Origin: Asterias rubens
Lineage: Eukaryota
Direction: 5' to 3'
NCBI RefSeq assembly: GCF_902459465.1
Contig: NC_047074.1
Location: 372,001-436,000, forward strand
DNA: 64,000 nt
The notes under the pieces were generated by a model. It ran no database searches. It saw only the letters and a list, made by a program, of their open reading frames with translations, and was not told where the DNA came from. The position numbers and the translations under genes are program-made. Below, in pieces: positions 13,323 through 25,400 of this stretch. The first letter of the stretch is position 1; each line of letters opens with the position of its first letter.

Positions 13323-13690
13323 TTTATAAAAACTATGAGCACATGGTCTAGGGTTCACTCTGCAACTGGTCTCAGTGGTGGATGGAGCTATCATTTTGTC
13401 TGTCACGCACAAACTATGGACAGCATGTTCCAATGTGGACTTGTCAATTGGAAGCAATGGTGGTTGGAGCTATCATTTTTTCTGCTACAATTATACAAAA
13501 TATGGACAGCATTGTCCAATTTGGACTCTGCAATTGGAAGCATGGAACTATCATTTTGTCAGTAAAACGTTAGCTGGCCAGCTTTTGGAGATTTCTGGCT
13601 CATTTATACAAACTATGAACAGAATGGTTTAGTGTGGACTCCACAATTGGAAGCATTGAGCTCTCATTTTGCCAGCTGGCCCAATTTTGG
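13323..13690. repeat. Degenerate tandem repeat, about 75-90-bp unit, 4-5 copies
   Basis: Recurrent caaactatgga.agc.t.gt..a.t.tggactctgcaattggaagca.tggagctatcattttg motif. Confidence 0.75.
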
Positions 13691-13902
13691 AATTATTTGC
13701 AGTTTGTCCGTGGAGGATTTACTCCTGCACCAACCAAGCAAGGACCCAAAACAACATCATCTGTACTGTGCTATGTAAGTACTGGTTCGTTTGTTTTATT
13801 ACATACCCCATTATCATTGTAAACCTTTAAGCTACACACATGGGGTCTCAACTCAACAAGTCTTGCCTTTTGGAAACCCCCACCATCATTTTCTTAATTG
13901 AT

Positions 13903-13998
13903 CCCTGTATATCCATGTCTAATTGATCGAGTGTGCCAATATTTTCTTAATGTATCCCTGTATATCCATGTCTAACTGATCGAGTGTGCCAATATTTT
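13903..13998. repeat. Tandem duplication of about 43 bp
   Basis: ccctgtatatccatgtctaa(t/c)tgatcgagtgtgccaatatttt occurs twice. Confidence 0.85.
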
Positions 13999-14887
13999 AC
14001 TATGTCCATCCCCAACACTTAATTTACTTGGGAAAGATTTCTGTATCCTGCCACCACTTTTTCATTCAATTTTTACCAGAAAGAATATTTCATTTGAACA
14101 AATTTGACACCAATCTATTTCATATTAAGAATGAACAAGTGGTGGCAGGATACAGACATTTTCCCCTTAGTTGTAGCAATTTGTCCGAGGTGCATGCAGT
14201 ACCAACTGCTGTGGTTTCTAAGGTACTGTGAACCGTCTGTCCATTGTTTGTTTTGATAATTTAATACAGTAGGCTTTGGGGGGACTCAAACGAAAATAGC
14301 TAACCCTAGGTGACAACATCAATCAAACTTCCTTTATAATTGGAAATGCTGTAAAATGTTTTCCTTAAAAATTTAATGTTAGTTGGGTTGTGTAAATATT
14401 TCCTCAAGGCATTTTATAACCGATGGTGAACCCCGAGTGTGGGACGTTGTTATAATACTCAACAGACATAGTTTTTTTTTACTCGATGTCATCACCAATG
14501 ATAAGTCTTGGTTGCGCCATTTTGGTGTTGTATTTTTTTTGGTGCACATTTTCAGCGATAATTATTTGCAGTTAAATGAAATTCCACCGAAATGGCAGAC
14601 TATGAGTGCAGTATTGTTACCCTGTGACCTAAAATTCTTAAATACAGAATGTCTTGGTAAGCAGCATTGTACAGCTTAGTAGTTACTGTAGATGATAAGA
14701 AATCGTAATTGACTACAAATATGGTACAATAAGTCACTTTAATCTGAGTCGGATCTGAGAATTCACAAACCATAACTGCCTGCAGCACGGTTCAAATGAT
14801 TTTATTCTCAAAGAGGAAGACATGTGACAAACAATAACTACTCGGACTCCAAACCTAATAGTGTCATAGAGGGCGCTGTTCGTAAAC

Positions 14888-15313
14888 ACTGTAGTGGATG
14901 AGATTGGGTACTGTAGTGGATGAGATTGGGTACTGTAGTGGATGAAAGAGGGTACTGTAGTGGATGAGTTGTAATCTGAAGATCATCTTCTGTAATCCCT
15001 TAGGGTTTCCATAGTGGATGAAAGAGGGTACTGTAGTGGATGAGTTGTAATCTGAAGATCATCTTCTGTATCCCTTAGGGTTTCCATAGTGGATGAAAGA
15101 GGGTACTGTAGTGGATGAGTTGTAATCTGAAGATCATCTTCTGTAATCCCTTAGGGTTTCCATAGTGGATGAAAGAGGGTACTGTAGTGGATGAGTTGTA
15201 ATCTGAAGATCATCTTCTGTAATCCCTTAGGGTTTCCATAGTGGATGAAAGAGGGTACTGTAGTGGATGAGTTGTAATCTGAAGATCATCTTCTGTATCC
15301 CTTAGGGTTTCCA
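14888..15313. repeat. Compound minisatellite: 22-bp unit x2, then 75-76-bp unit x5
   Basis: Unit tagtggatgaaagagggtactgtagtggatgagttgtaatctgaagatcatcttctgtaatcccttagggtttcca starts at 14936, 15012, 15087, 15163 and 15239; copies differ only by a 1-nt indel. Confidence 0.95.
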
Positions 15314-15954
15314 TAATGATTCCAGTATATGATCCTGTAATTAAACAAATAAACAAATACTAATTAATAATTACATCAATATTCATTTACCACGAATACA
15401 ATTAATTTGTACAATTCATAATCATGGACGTTAAACCAATGTTTGTATGAGCAATATTGGCTGTTGCCAGCTTGGTGTTTAAATCCCCTTTAAGGTAGTT
15501 TGCCGAATTTGCCAAGATCACCTTAACAAACAAACAAACAAACAAACAGAGGACAAACCTAGCCCCTTCTGTACAGAGTGACCTTGGACATTCCAGGTCA
15601 TTTCCTAAATTCCTGGTGGTCAAGTTTTATTGTGGAATTTTTGTTACACTAATTATTAAACAGTAGCTGTATCAACAATGTGCAACCTATCACCTTTGAA
15701 TAAATCATCAACTACCAGTAAATTAAATCGCTGTGTTGATTCAAAGTTTGATACATAATGAAACAAACAATGATGAAATTGTTATCACCAAATGTACCAA
15801 ATAGTAAGCCATGTAGCCAAATTAGCCCAATTTAGCATTCAGATTGTTAGTTTTTTCCTTCTTGGGAGTAAAATAAAAAAGACTGTGGTCTCAAAACCAA
15901 AGTGTGGTTAAGAGCCACTATGCCAGAAAAAGATTTGTATTTATTCAATTTTGG

Positions 15955-16140
15955 CGCCAAAAATTGTGGTTACAATCGCCCAGTGTGAAAAAAGAAATCA
16001 AACAAGATAAAAGAAAATCCACTCTGTGAAATAATACTTGTGGTTACAACTGCTCAGAACAAATAAGAAATCATACAATACAAGATGAAAAATAACATGC
16101 AGAGTGAAATAATACCTGTGGTTACAATTGGCCTAAGATT
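15955..16140. repeat. Degenerate tandem repeat x3
   Basis: gtggttacaa core recurs near 15967, 16039 and 16118; the second and third copies share the gtgaaataatac.t flank. Confidence 0.55.
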
Positions 16141-16353
16141 AAAAACTAAAACTGAGTTTGTATGGAGTCCCCAGACCACATTAGAAATACTTGATAAGGT
16201 TAAAAGGTCATTGTCTAGTCAAGGAGACCGTTATAGACGACGATTCATCGCACAAGAATGTACATCTAATCCATATGTATGTGTTATTTATACTCTGGAA
16301 TGACTTCACCATACCACTCAGTGCAGAACAGCTAAGATGTACGGTGGGTTTAA

Positions 16354-16828
16354 AGGCACTGGACATGCTTGGTAATTACTCAAATTGTTAGCATAAAAAC
16401 TTACTTGGTAATGAGCAATTGAGAGCTGTTGATAGTATTTGTGAGAAACGACTCCCTCTGAAGTAACTCAGTTTTTGAAAAAAGGGTAATTTCTCACTCA
16501 AATAATAAAAAACTTCAGCTGAAGCCTTTTATTATGCATCTGAAAACACACAAAGTAATGCAACAAAGGCGTTTTTCTTTCATTATTCTCTTGCAATTTC
16601 GATGACCAAGTGAGTCCAAATTGTCACAGGTTTGTTATTTTTTATGCATATATGCTGGGAAACACCAAGTGAGAACACTGGTCTTTGACAATTACCAAAG
16701 GTGTTACCTCTTTCTCAAAAACTATGTTACTTCAGAGGGAGCAGTTTCTCACAATTATACTATCAACAGCTCTCCATTGACCATTACCAAGTAAGTTTTT
16801 GAGTAATTACCAAGTGTGTCCAGTGCCT
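16354..16828. mobile_element. Non-autonomous DNA transposon with TTAA TSD and long TIRs (Kolobok-like termini)
   Basis: TTAA|AGGCACTGGAC...GTGTCCAGTGCCT|TTAA, with about 130-bp imperfect inverted arms. A second family member lies at 51077-51440. Confidence 0.85.
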
Positions 16829-17958
16829 TTAACAGCAAGGATGTAGGGAAGGTATTTTAGTATAAATTAATAAAGACCTGTTTGAAACTGACGGAGGAAG
16901 GAGGGAATATGGCATAGCTGAGATATACAACACTGAGGGAGACCATATTGGAAAGAACTTGATTTCTGAAATTCTTTGTGGGTTGGAATTCAATGGAATG
17001 CTTTAGGGCATCTGAGGTTTTGGGGTTGAGGTGTTATTTTGTTGTTTGTCAAAATGTAAGCGTATAGTCGAACATGTTCCATGCATGTATTCAGATTTAT
17101 TTATTAAAATAGTAATAACATTGTTTAAGGCATTTGTCAAGAGATGTTTAAAACAAAGTAGCACCTATAGGTATATTTACTCCTCAAAAAAACCTTTTAT
17201 TTAAATGAAATGTTCACAGGTTAATTTTATTGTATAAATTCATGCAATCTAAGCAATCAAGAGGATCCCAAAACCAAATAGATATTCATTGCCTTTAACA
17301 ATAGATTTATGTTTACAATTGACACATATTAAAACAAATCAATGCTTTACGAGACACCCTGCTGACCAATGAGACCTCTCCTAATAGAGACATTAGACAA
17401 GAGCATAAACAAACTAACCAATTACAACAACTGTACTATATCCACTCAAGGCTTGCCAATCATTCATTGGCTACTAAACATCAATGCTTGGAATGTGTGG
17501 TAAATTCCCCATCACTCCTCACAACCTCTACCCCAAGGATGTTTCATAAACTGGGACAGAGGATAGAAGGTCAAGTTCTGGTAACATTCTTGCTTCTTCA
17601 CGGCCCAGGGGGTCAGAGGTGGAAATATGGTTTAAATTTATTGAAATCTGAAAATCCACAAGGACACAAAATGGTGTCCTTGGGTTTAAACTTTCTTCGA
17701 AGTCAACTTCTAAGAAAGATGTACATGTGTAGCTGGGGTTTAATTTGTAATGTTAGCTATTCGCATTGATGGGCAAGCTGTTTGTCCTGCATAATCCTAA
17801 ACCCTCCCCTTGCAACCCATGCACTCACCCCCACCACACAAGACAGAATAACCAAACCAAGCCCCCGCTAAACTCAAACCTCATTATTGGTAAAAAACAT
17901 CTCGCATAGAGCACCATGAAATGATTTCTAGCAATCAGAAAGTGGTTATCAAATAGAT

Positions 17959-18191
17959 CAGAAAATAAGTCTTTATAAAGTATGCTAAGCACCATTCCTA
18001 AAGTATGCTCCGCACAATTTTTTTTGCTAAGTAACTTAATGAAACTGGTTGGAGTACTGTTATGCATAAACCACTGATGTAGGAACCATGTTTCAGAAAA
18101 TAAGTCTTTATAGAGTATGCTAAGCACCATTCCTAAAGTATGCTAAGCACCATTTTGTTTGCTAAGTAACTTAACGAAACTAGGTTGAGTA
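17959..18191. repeat. Tandem duplication of about 100 bp (period about 134)
   Basis: cagaaaataagtctttata.agtatgctaagcaccattcctaaagtatgct...tttgctaagtaacttaa.gaaact occurs at 17959 and 18093. Confidence 0.85.
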
Positions 18192-19452
18192 GCACATGAC
18201 CCATGCCTTTTTATGCAATGAAGTACATGTACATGTATGAACCTGAATATACAGGAATGTTTCGCTCCACAGTCAACGATTCTTTGTCCTGCCTTGAAAC
18301 GTGTACTGGTCTTTACATCAAGGACAGCCACGCAACTCAGTTATTTTGGGCCTTGGCCAAGCATACTCAACATACCAGTCAAGCAGATCATTTCTATAAA
18401 GCGGAATCGGACAAACAAGAATCTAAACTTTCTAACCAAGAAAAAACCCTGAACAAAATTCTTGAAAAAAATCTGAATGAAATCTTGAACGCGGGAAGTT
18501 TTCAGCCTCTCTACACACCCAGTGTAATACAAGTCATGAAGTCATTTTATCACAAGAATTACAATAACAACTTTTAAAATTATTTAAATTCTTCCCTGAT
18601 CTGTTGTCTCACTTATACCAGATGGTGACTCAAGTTGGAATTTGGAGTTGGCATAACAGCATTAAAGTTTAAGTACAGTGAATAATGCTGTGTTTATAAT
18701 TGCCTACTTTAGAGACCGTTTTATGTTCATGTCCAATTCATGTTTTGTCTTATGCCGTCAGAATAGGACATCCGCCTGGATTCCTTATTCCAGAAATATG
18801 CCAGTGAGTTCTGATTGCGTAAACAGTCACGTTTTATCCTGTTTGTTAAAAATTGCATCTTTGCATTTGATGAGATAGTTGTTGCTATGAAAGCTCATAT
18901 GCATTTTTTAATGTAATTAGTTATTCTTTAAAAGTGCTACCACTTCCTTCCTTGGTTTATACTGAGACCTCTAACCAATATTTCTATAAAGCATCCAGTT
19001 TTAATACATGAATCACCAAAAAGGAACTCGGAAATTATATAACCAATATCTCATATTTATGGTTTCATTTAAAATGACTTGATCTGTTTCAGATTTCCCT
19101 CTTTAGTCAACACTAATTAGATAGACTCCCAAAATTCCAAGTGGGATGAAAATTTTATAACACCAAGAGTGTAAATTATCCAATTTAGTGCACAATTCAG
19201 GAAAACCACCAGATGCTTTTTTTATTCAAATCTTGTCAGTCCTGCATAACAGACAATCTTATGGCCAAATTGGTTTTCTCCAATTCTAATACTCAATGTA
19301 AACAAGAATAAGGATAGTCTGGTCCTCTATGGTAAAGCAAGAATCAGTATAGGTTACTGGTATTGCAGACAGGGGCCCTGTCACAGACAAAGCAGCATGC
19401 TAAATTGATCGGAATGGGGCGAAGTTGTCCAATAATACTATCCACAAATATC

Positions 19453-22400
19453 TCAACTATTTTCTAGCATAACATTCTCTACCTGTAGATTGTAGGCATA
19501 AGACGCTACCTTCCTTATCATTATGCAATATTTTGACTAAACGGAGCAATCTTTGAATCCCATCAACCCATTTTAATTGAAGTATCACATTCCCGTACAA
19601 TACAACTAAGGCAGGTTATCTTCCAGCCTGGTGGAATTCCAGAGCTATAAAAGTAACCCAGGCTAATTCATTGCAAAGAGAATGTATGGAATGTTACCAA
19701 GTCTATACATTCCCCTGGCGGCTGGAGGAAAGACTAATCATTCTTAAGCTTGACAATAATACTTGCCAGGTTATTAATTTACTCATAGCAGTGCAATGCC
19801 CTGTCTGCTCGACAGTGATATTCTATTTGCTTCAATACCAATGAGAGGAATTCTCTTGTCTCCGGAAAGCTTTTTACTCTTATTTGTCTTTATGATTTTG
19901 AGATTGATAAGGGTGGTGGCATCAATGTTTTAGCAGGATTTGGTGAAAACTGGTTACCAGCCAAAATCCCATAAAGTTTATTGCAACTGGTACCCCTCTC
20001 TTTTTTTAAATTTGCTAAGCAGTGTTTTCTGCTTAACAGCTTAATGAAAATGGGCCCTTATCACATCCAACCGTCTTAGATAATAACTAGTTATCTTAAG
20101 GAATTCTAACCTGTTCTGCTATTTCTTGGTCCAGCTGCTTGAGTTTTTCATCTAGTACAGTTCTCTCCTTTGCTAATGTAGCCAAGTCTGATTCACTACC
20201 ATCTGAAAATAATCAACCAGAAAAGAAATCATTGCTTAGTCTGACAAATGTGTCTACTACAATAAATTGTTGTGTTTCACAGTTCCAAAATACATCTTAT
20301 AGACAGAATTTTCACAATTTGCTTTTAAATCAACCCAAATTAAGTCAAGCACCAAAACTTTGTAATGAGGTACCTGCTCACATTCAATTGATACAGTCTC
20401 TGTTTGTCTTAAAAAGCTTAACACTTTGCTCTTTAAACAAGCTCTTGGCTGATTTTGTTCCATTGTTGTTGTTCTCCATTGTGCTGACTTTTTACGATTG
20501 TATCTTATTGTTACATGTTTTGAACATGTCTAAAGGGAAATACTCGCAATTTATTATAATTTCAACGTTTTGTACTGAAACTGTAACAAAAGATCTTACC
20601 CGTTCCAGCAATAGACAATCCCGATGTACTCAGTGACGTAACCGAATCATTCAACCCTAGCAACCTCTCTTGTGAACCATGACCTCGGCTTGTAGCCAAC
20701 GGTACAAGACTCTGGAATGACCCTGCTGGTGACCTCATCAGGTTCTGAAGCGAGCTAAGAGGTGATTTATTTCCCAAATTCGACGAGGACGACAAACCGA
20801 TGTTGTGAAGTGAACCGGAGCTTCCCGGAGATCGTGGGAGATTGTGGAGCGACTCCGCTGAACCACGCTGGATGCTGTGACTGGAGTTTAGCGGAGATGA
20901 CGAGGAATGGGGACGCGTCAATCGCTCCATAGAGATGGTTGGATCCTGGTCTAGGATCTGCCTCCTCAGTACTTGGATGATAGTGTCTTTATGAGATAGA
21001 TCCATTGTCAACGCATTTATTCTATAACAAGAAAAACAAAGCAGACGTTCAGTAATTGCCACCAGTTTCATCATGTTCCCTATCTACAGTCATAATAATA
21101 AGTACTGATTGACATGTCCAAGAAAGGGGCTAGCCTTTTCCCCTCTTTCATTAACTTGTGGAGAAATTGCGATGGATTCTTGTAACCCTTCTTTCTTAAA
21201 GACAAAATGGCAAGAGAGAGTTGCAAGCTGGCTGATTTTATTGAACGGTTTCAAGCAGGTTTTTCAATAAAACTACTTCAACAATAACTTAATTGACTTC
21301 TTCTTACCTGGATTCCATATCTGTGAACTGACTCTGAACATGTTGTAAATCATCCATGTATCTCGCTCTCTCAGCCTGAGCCTCAGCTCGTACCTGCTCT
21401 GCTTCTTGGTTGAACAATCCAGCCTCACTAATGACATACAGAATACAAGTCAGTTAGTTATCACAGCTTCTACTTCTACAGTGTTCTCCACAAACATTCA
21501 CATAGATAACACACTCAGGAGCCAATTACAGCCAAGTGTGTTGCTCAAGGACACAAGTGTCACAACCAGGATTTGAACCCACACTCAATTGCTGTCATCA
21601 TTTTCATCTTGGAGCTACAAGAAATGCACAGACCAAACAAACCTTATCAATGTTGGAGCTCAAAACTCAACTTTGTTAGAGTGCAAGAGAAATGTAGAGA
21701 CAAAACTAACCTTGTCAACGTTGGCTCCACAAAGCACTGTCTCAACGTACACTCCTCAAGAAACCTCTGCTCCCACTGCCAAAAACAAAATGAAGACACA
21801 AGTTAACTTCAGGGAAATTTGAACCAGGAACAAAAAGTTCAAATGCACCACTACTAAAACAATCTTGACAAACACCCGACGATGACAAGAGTTACTTACC
21901 TTGGTAACATCTGACTCCAATCGTAAGATGGCGTCTTCTCTTTCTTTAAGGAGTTCAAGAAGGGTGTGGTTACTACACTCTACATCCAGCTCAGATACGC
22001 CCTCATCTTGGTTGGGGTTATTGCTCTGTGAGTTAAGAAGTACGGGTCAATATAAAGGACTGACTACAACAAGTTTTCACTTTCCACTATTTTCAACATG
22101 AAAACCATGCCTCAAAACCATAAATAAAACTCTCTCAATAGAAAATAATGTGTTAAGCGCCATATCTGTCATCTGAAAGATGCTCATGGTGCAAAGCAAG
22201 CAAACTCTGCAAATGATGGTACTTCAAGCCTATACTAAACCAGTGAGTTTTCAAGTTAGTTTTGAAGCTCGGGAGAGTGTCTACTAGTTTGAGGTTCAGT
22301 TGAAGAGCATTCAAAAGAGATGGTCTAATATTTGGAGGGTGGATTCGCGAAGGAAAGCAACTTGATTTTCATTACCTGCATTCCTTTGAGTTTCTCGATC

Positions 22401-25400
22401 TCCTTCTCCAGTTTATTTCTCAGCTTCTGTTCGATCTGTTCTCGTTTCTGGTACGTTGATTTGAGAGCAGAGACCATCTTCTGAAGAGACGAGACCTTGT
22501 CGACATAAACCTGACGTTTCCGACACTGAAAAATATATATAATAATAATAATAATAAGGAAATCTTTCAATAAGGCAAATTGGGAAACATTTACAAAGGT
22601 CAAGAGCGATGTTCGGAAACAGAAACAAAATTATGAGATCCTAGATTCAAACTCAAACTTACCTCTTCCTGAAGTTTGACTACATTAGCTTGGGCGTTTG
22701 ACAGTGCTGTGTCAAGTACATCAATATGTTGTCTTTGTTCTGACAGAGTCGCTCTTTGAGCCGATAGTTCCATTTCCATTCGTTGGTTGCTCATCATTAA
22801 ATCTTGATCTAGAATCCAAGAAAATCACAAATTACTTCATGACACAAACAAAAATATAAATATCCAGAATGGGTCTTCGAATACAACTGTTATTAAAATC
22901 CTCTGCATTTTTCGTTTGAAAGTAAAATTGAGAAACTATTCATGAAGTAGAAGAAATACTTTACTAGCTACTATTTTGTTTAAGAGTGGTTTAGATTGAA
23001 TATGGTTGTCTGGTCATGTATTGGTTAAATCAAATTTTAAAAGGAAGAAACTGTCATTAACTTTTCTCAGAGAGTTTTGGCAAATGTACAATTCTTAGGT
23101 GTGTGTAATTAATTGAGGGAAAAAAAAAACCAATTGTAATCTTTTTAATTTTTTTATTTGTTATTTATATTTATTAGTATTATGATATTTATTTATTTAT
23201 TATTATTTTTTTAGGGGGGGTATTTTTGTGTGCATTTGATAGACTTTGAGATACTGTAAGCATAATTAAAAGAAAATTAGAGTAGATTTGTACTTACTTT
23301 CTGTAGCGAGTTTCTGAATCATGGAATCTTTGGCTCTAATCTCCTGCTTGAGTTCACTCACGTGACCCGTATTTCTCTCATGATGGTACAATTGGGTTCT
23401 GGATCTCTCTAATTGACCTGAAAGATAAGAACAGACAAGACGTCAATGGATCGGGCTGGCCCATCTTATACTGTATTTTTCCCAGTGGGCTCTGGTTCGA
23501 ATCCCCCCTTATTTTGATCATCACACTTCCAATATGACTCAAGACTATTACACCAGATGGCAAAATCAAAATCAGATATTTCTAAGCAAGTCAGTAAATT
23601 GGATAAATATTTCAGATATGTTGATGGTAAAAAAGCCTGTATAAGTCTTCTTGACAAGTTAAAAGGTACATTGCATGTATGTAATGTTTTTCTGAACAAT
23701 GAGGTCATGAGGGGAAACCCCATCCAAATGAACTTTGTTCCTGTGATTTCTGCATGTCACAAATTCTATGTAAAATGAGGAGCTTGGTGCAAATAATTTA
23801 AGATGTATCCTGAAAGAACCTTTAGGTTAGACCAGAAACTCAAGACATTGTCTCACCTTGTACTTCTTTATATTGCTCTTGTAACCTCTTAATCTCAGCC
23901 TCTAGTTTAGAGCGGACTAGTACCTCAAGTTGTTCTCTCTTCTTTGTGGATTCTACGAGCATCTCATGAGATGTCTGGACTCTGTGGATGTCTTGCTCAA
24001 ACTGTTACCACAAACAAAAGCAAGCAATAAACAGAGTAAGATTGAGCACTTGACAAAGTGGTTGGAGTTGAAGATAAAACAAGTTTCTGTATGAACCCAA
24101 ATCATTCCAACCCAAGTTAACCATAGCATAGGTGGTTAAGTATAAGACCATAGCAAGGGCCAAGATCTGTCCCCTTTGGTAGTGGATGTAAGATGTTGTG
24201 GATATCTTGCTGCTCTATGCTCAAACTGGTACCACAAACAAAAACAAGCAATAAACCAATTAAGATTGCGCCATTAGTGAAGAACTGTCCCCTTTGGGAG
24301 TGGACTTAAGACATTAACGTCTGGCCTTAATTGAAGCATCATAAGTGACAGGTGTTAGTCTAGCTGAGATAAAACCTTGGCTAGCTCTATAGCTCTAAGC
24401 ATGCTCTAAGCACGTAGCTCTAGCCCAACTGTGTCTAATGCTCAAAGCATCTCACTTATGGGACATCCATAACACAATCTGTGTAACGTTTTAACTCCAA
24501 CTTTTAAGTTGAAATTACAAGCTCAAGTAATAAACCACTGCAATCAGATGTCACGTTCTCATGCCCTTTTAACACCTTCAACTAACACCTCCTAATAACA
24601 CCCAATCCAGCATGTCCAAACCACTCCATCTAACATCACACTCCCATCCCATCAGTGTTAATGCCATATACATGTAACCTGACCTTCCCCCACATCTGAA
24701 CTTTTGATGTAGTGTAAAACCCTAACAAGCCATGGGACAAATTGCTGCATATACCCCCATGGGTTAGTCTCCCATTGAAGGCCCTAAAATCATCACTCTT
24801 GGAGCATGGCTTGGACCCTCCATGGTGGGCTTTTATAACCCTAGCTGACTTGTGACTTAAAGACTTCCCAAAAGCACTGGACTAAAACAACAGAGCATCT
24901 TGTATTCATTACCATAGTACATTAACTGGTTGGCCTTTGGTCTGTTGTTGGTTTTCAGGGATTGGTATACGGTAGTTTTTCTTAAACAAAGTATGTTCAT
25001 TACCTTTTGTAATTTGCTGACTCTCTGTGAGTACATCTCAAGTTCTTGCCTCAAGGACATGTTCTCTTCTGAGAGTATTTCAACCATGTGAGTCGCTCTT
25101 GTTGCAATTGCCTCATGATCCACCTCAAATGGGATGTTAGAGGGCTGGCTACTGTCGGCATTAGGGGAGGAACTTGGGCTGGAACTGTAGAGGAAGGGAA
25201 TAGAAAGCATAAATGTTTTATCAGTTATTAAACACAATGGATTCATTGCTGAGAAAGGTTTGAAATTCGGATCAAATTTGAGGAGATATGGATGAACTTC
25301 ACAATCTTTTGGTCACCAATGGAGTTATAGCAGCATTCCTTTTGTAACAGTTAGAATTTCAAGGACCAGTCAGAATTCTGTCCAATCATAGTCTAGTTAA

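Noticed and set aside
13077-13632. 162-aa and overlapping plus-strand ORFs
   Set aside because: They arise from a degenerate tandem repeat, have non-ATG starts and show no recognisable domain.
14888-15313. CRISPR-like or telomeric array (one TTAGGG per unit)
   Set aside because: Whole units are near-identical with no unique spacers, there are no cas genes, the context is eukaryotic, and TTAGGG is not itself in tandem.
18203-18577. 124-aa plus-strand ORF with a charged, helix-like stretch
   Set aside because: No recognisable family, no supporting splice structure, and it starts right after a tandem duplication. Treated as chance, though a BLAST check is cheap.
20139-20636. 165-aa antisense ORF across angiomotin exons
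   Set aside because: TTG start, antisense to a real gene, and no domain similarity.
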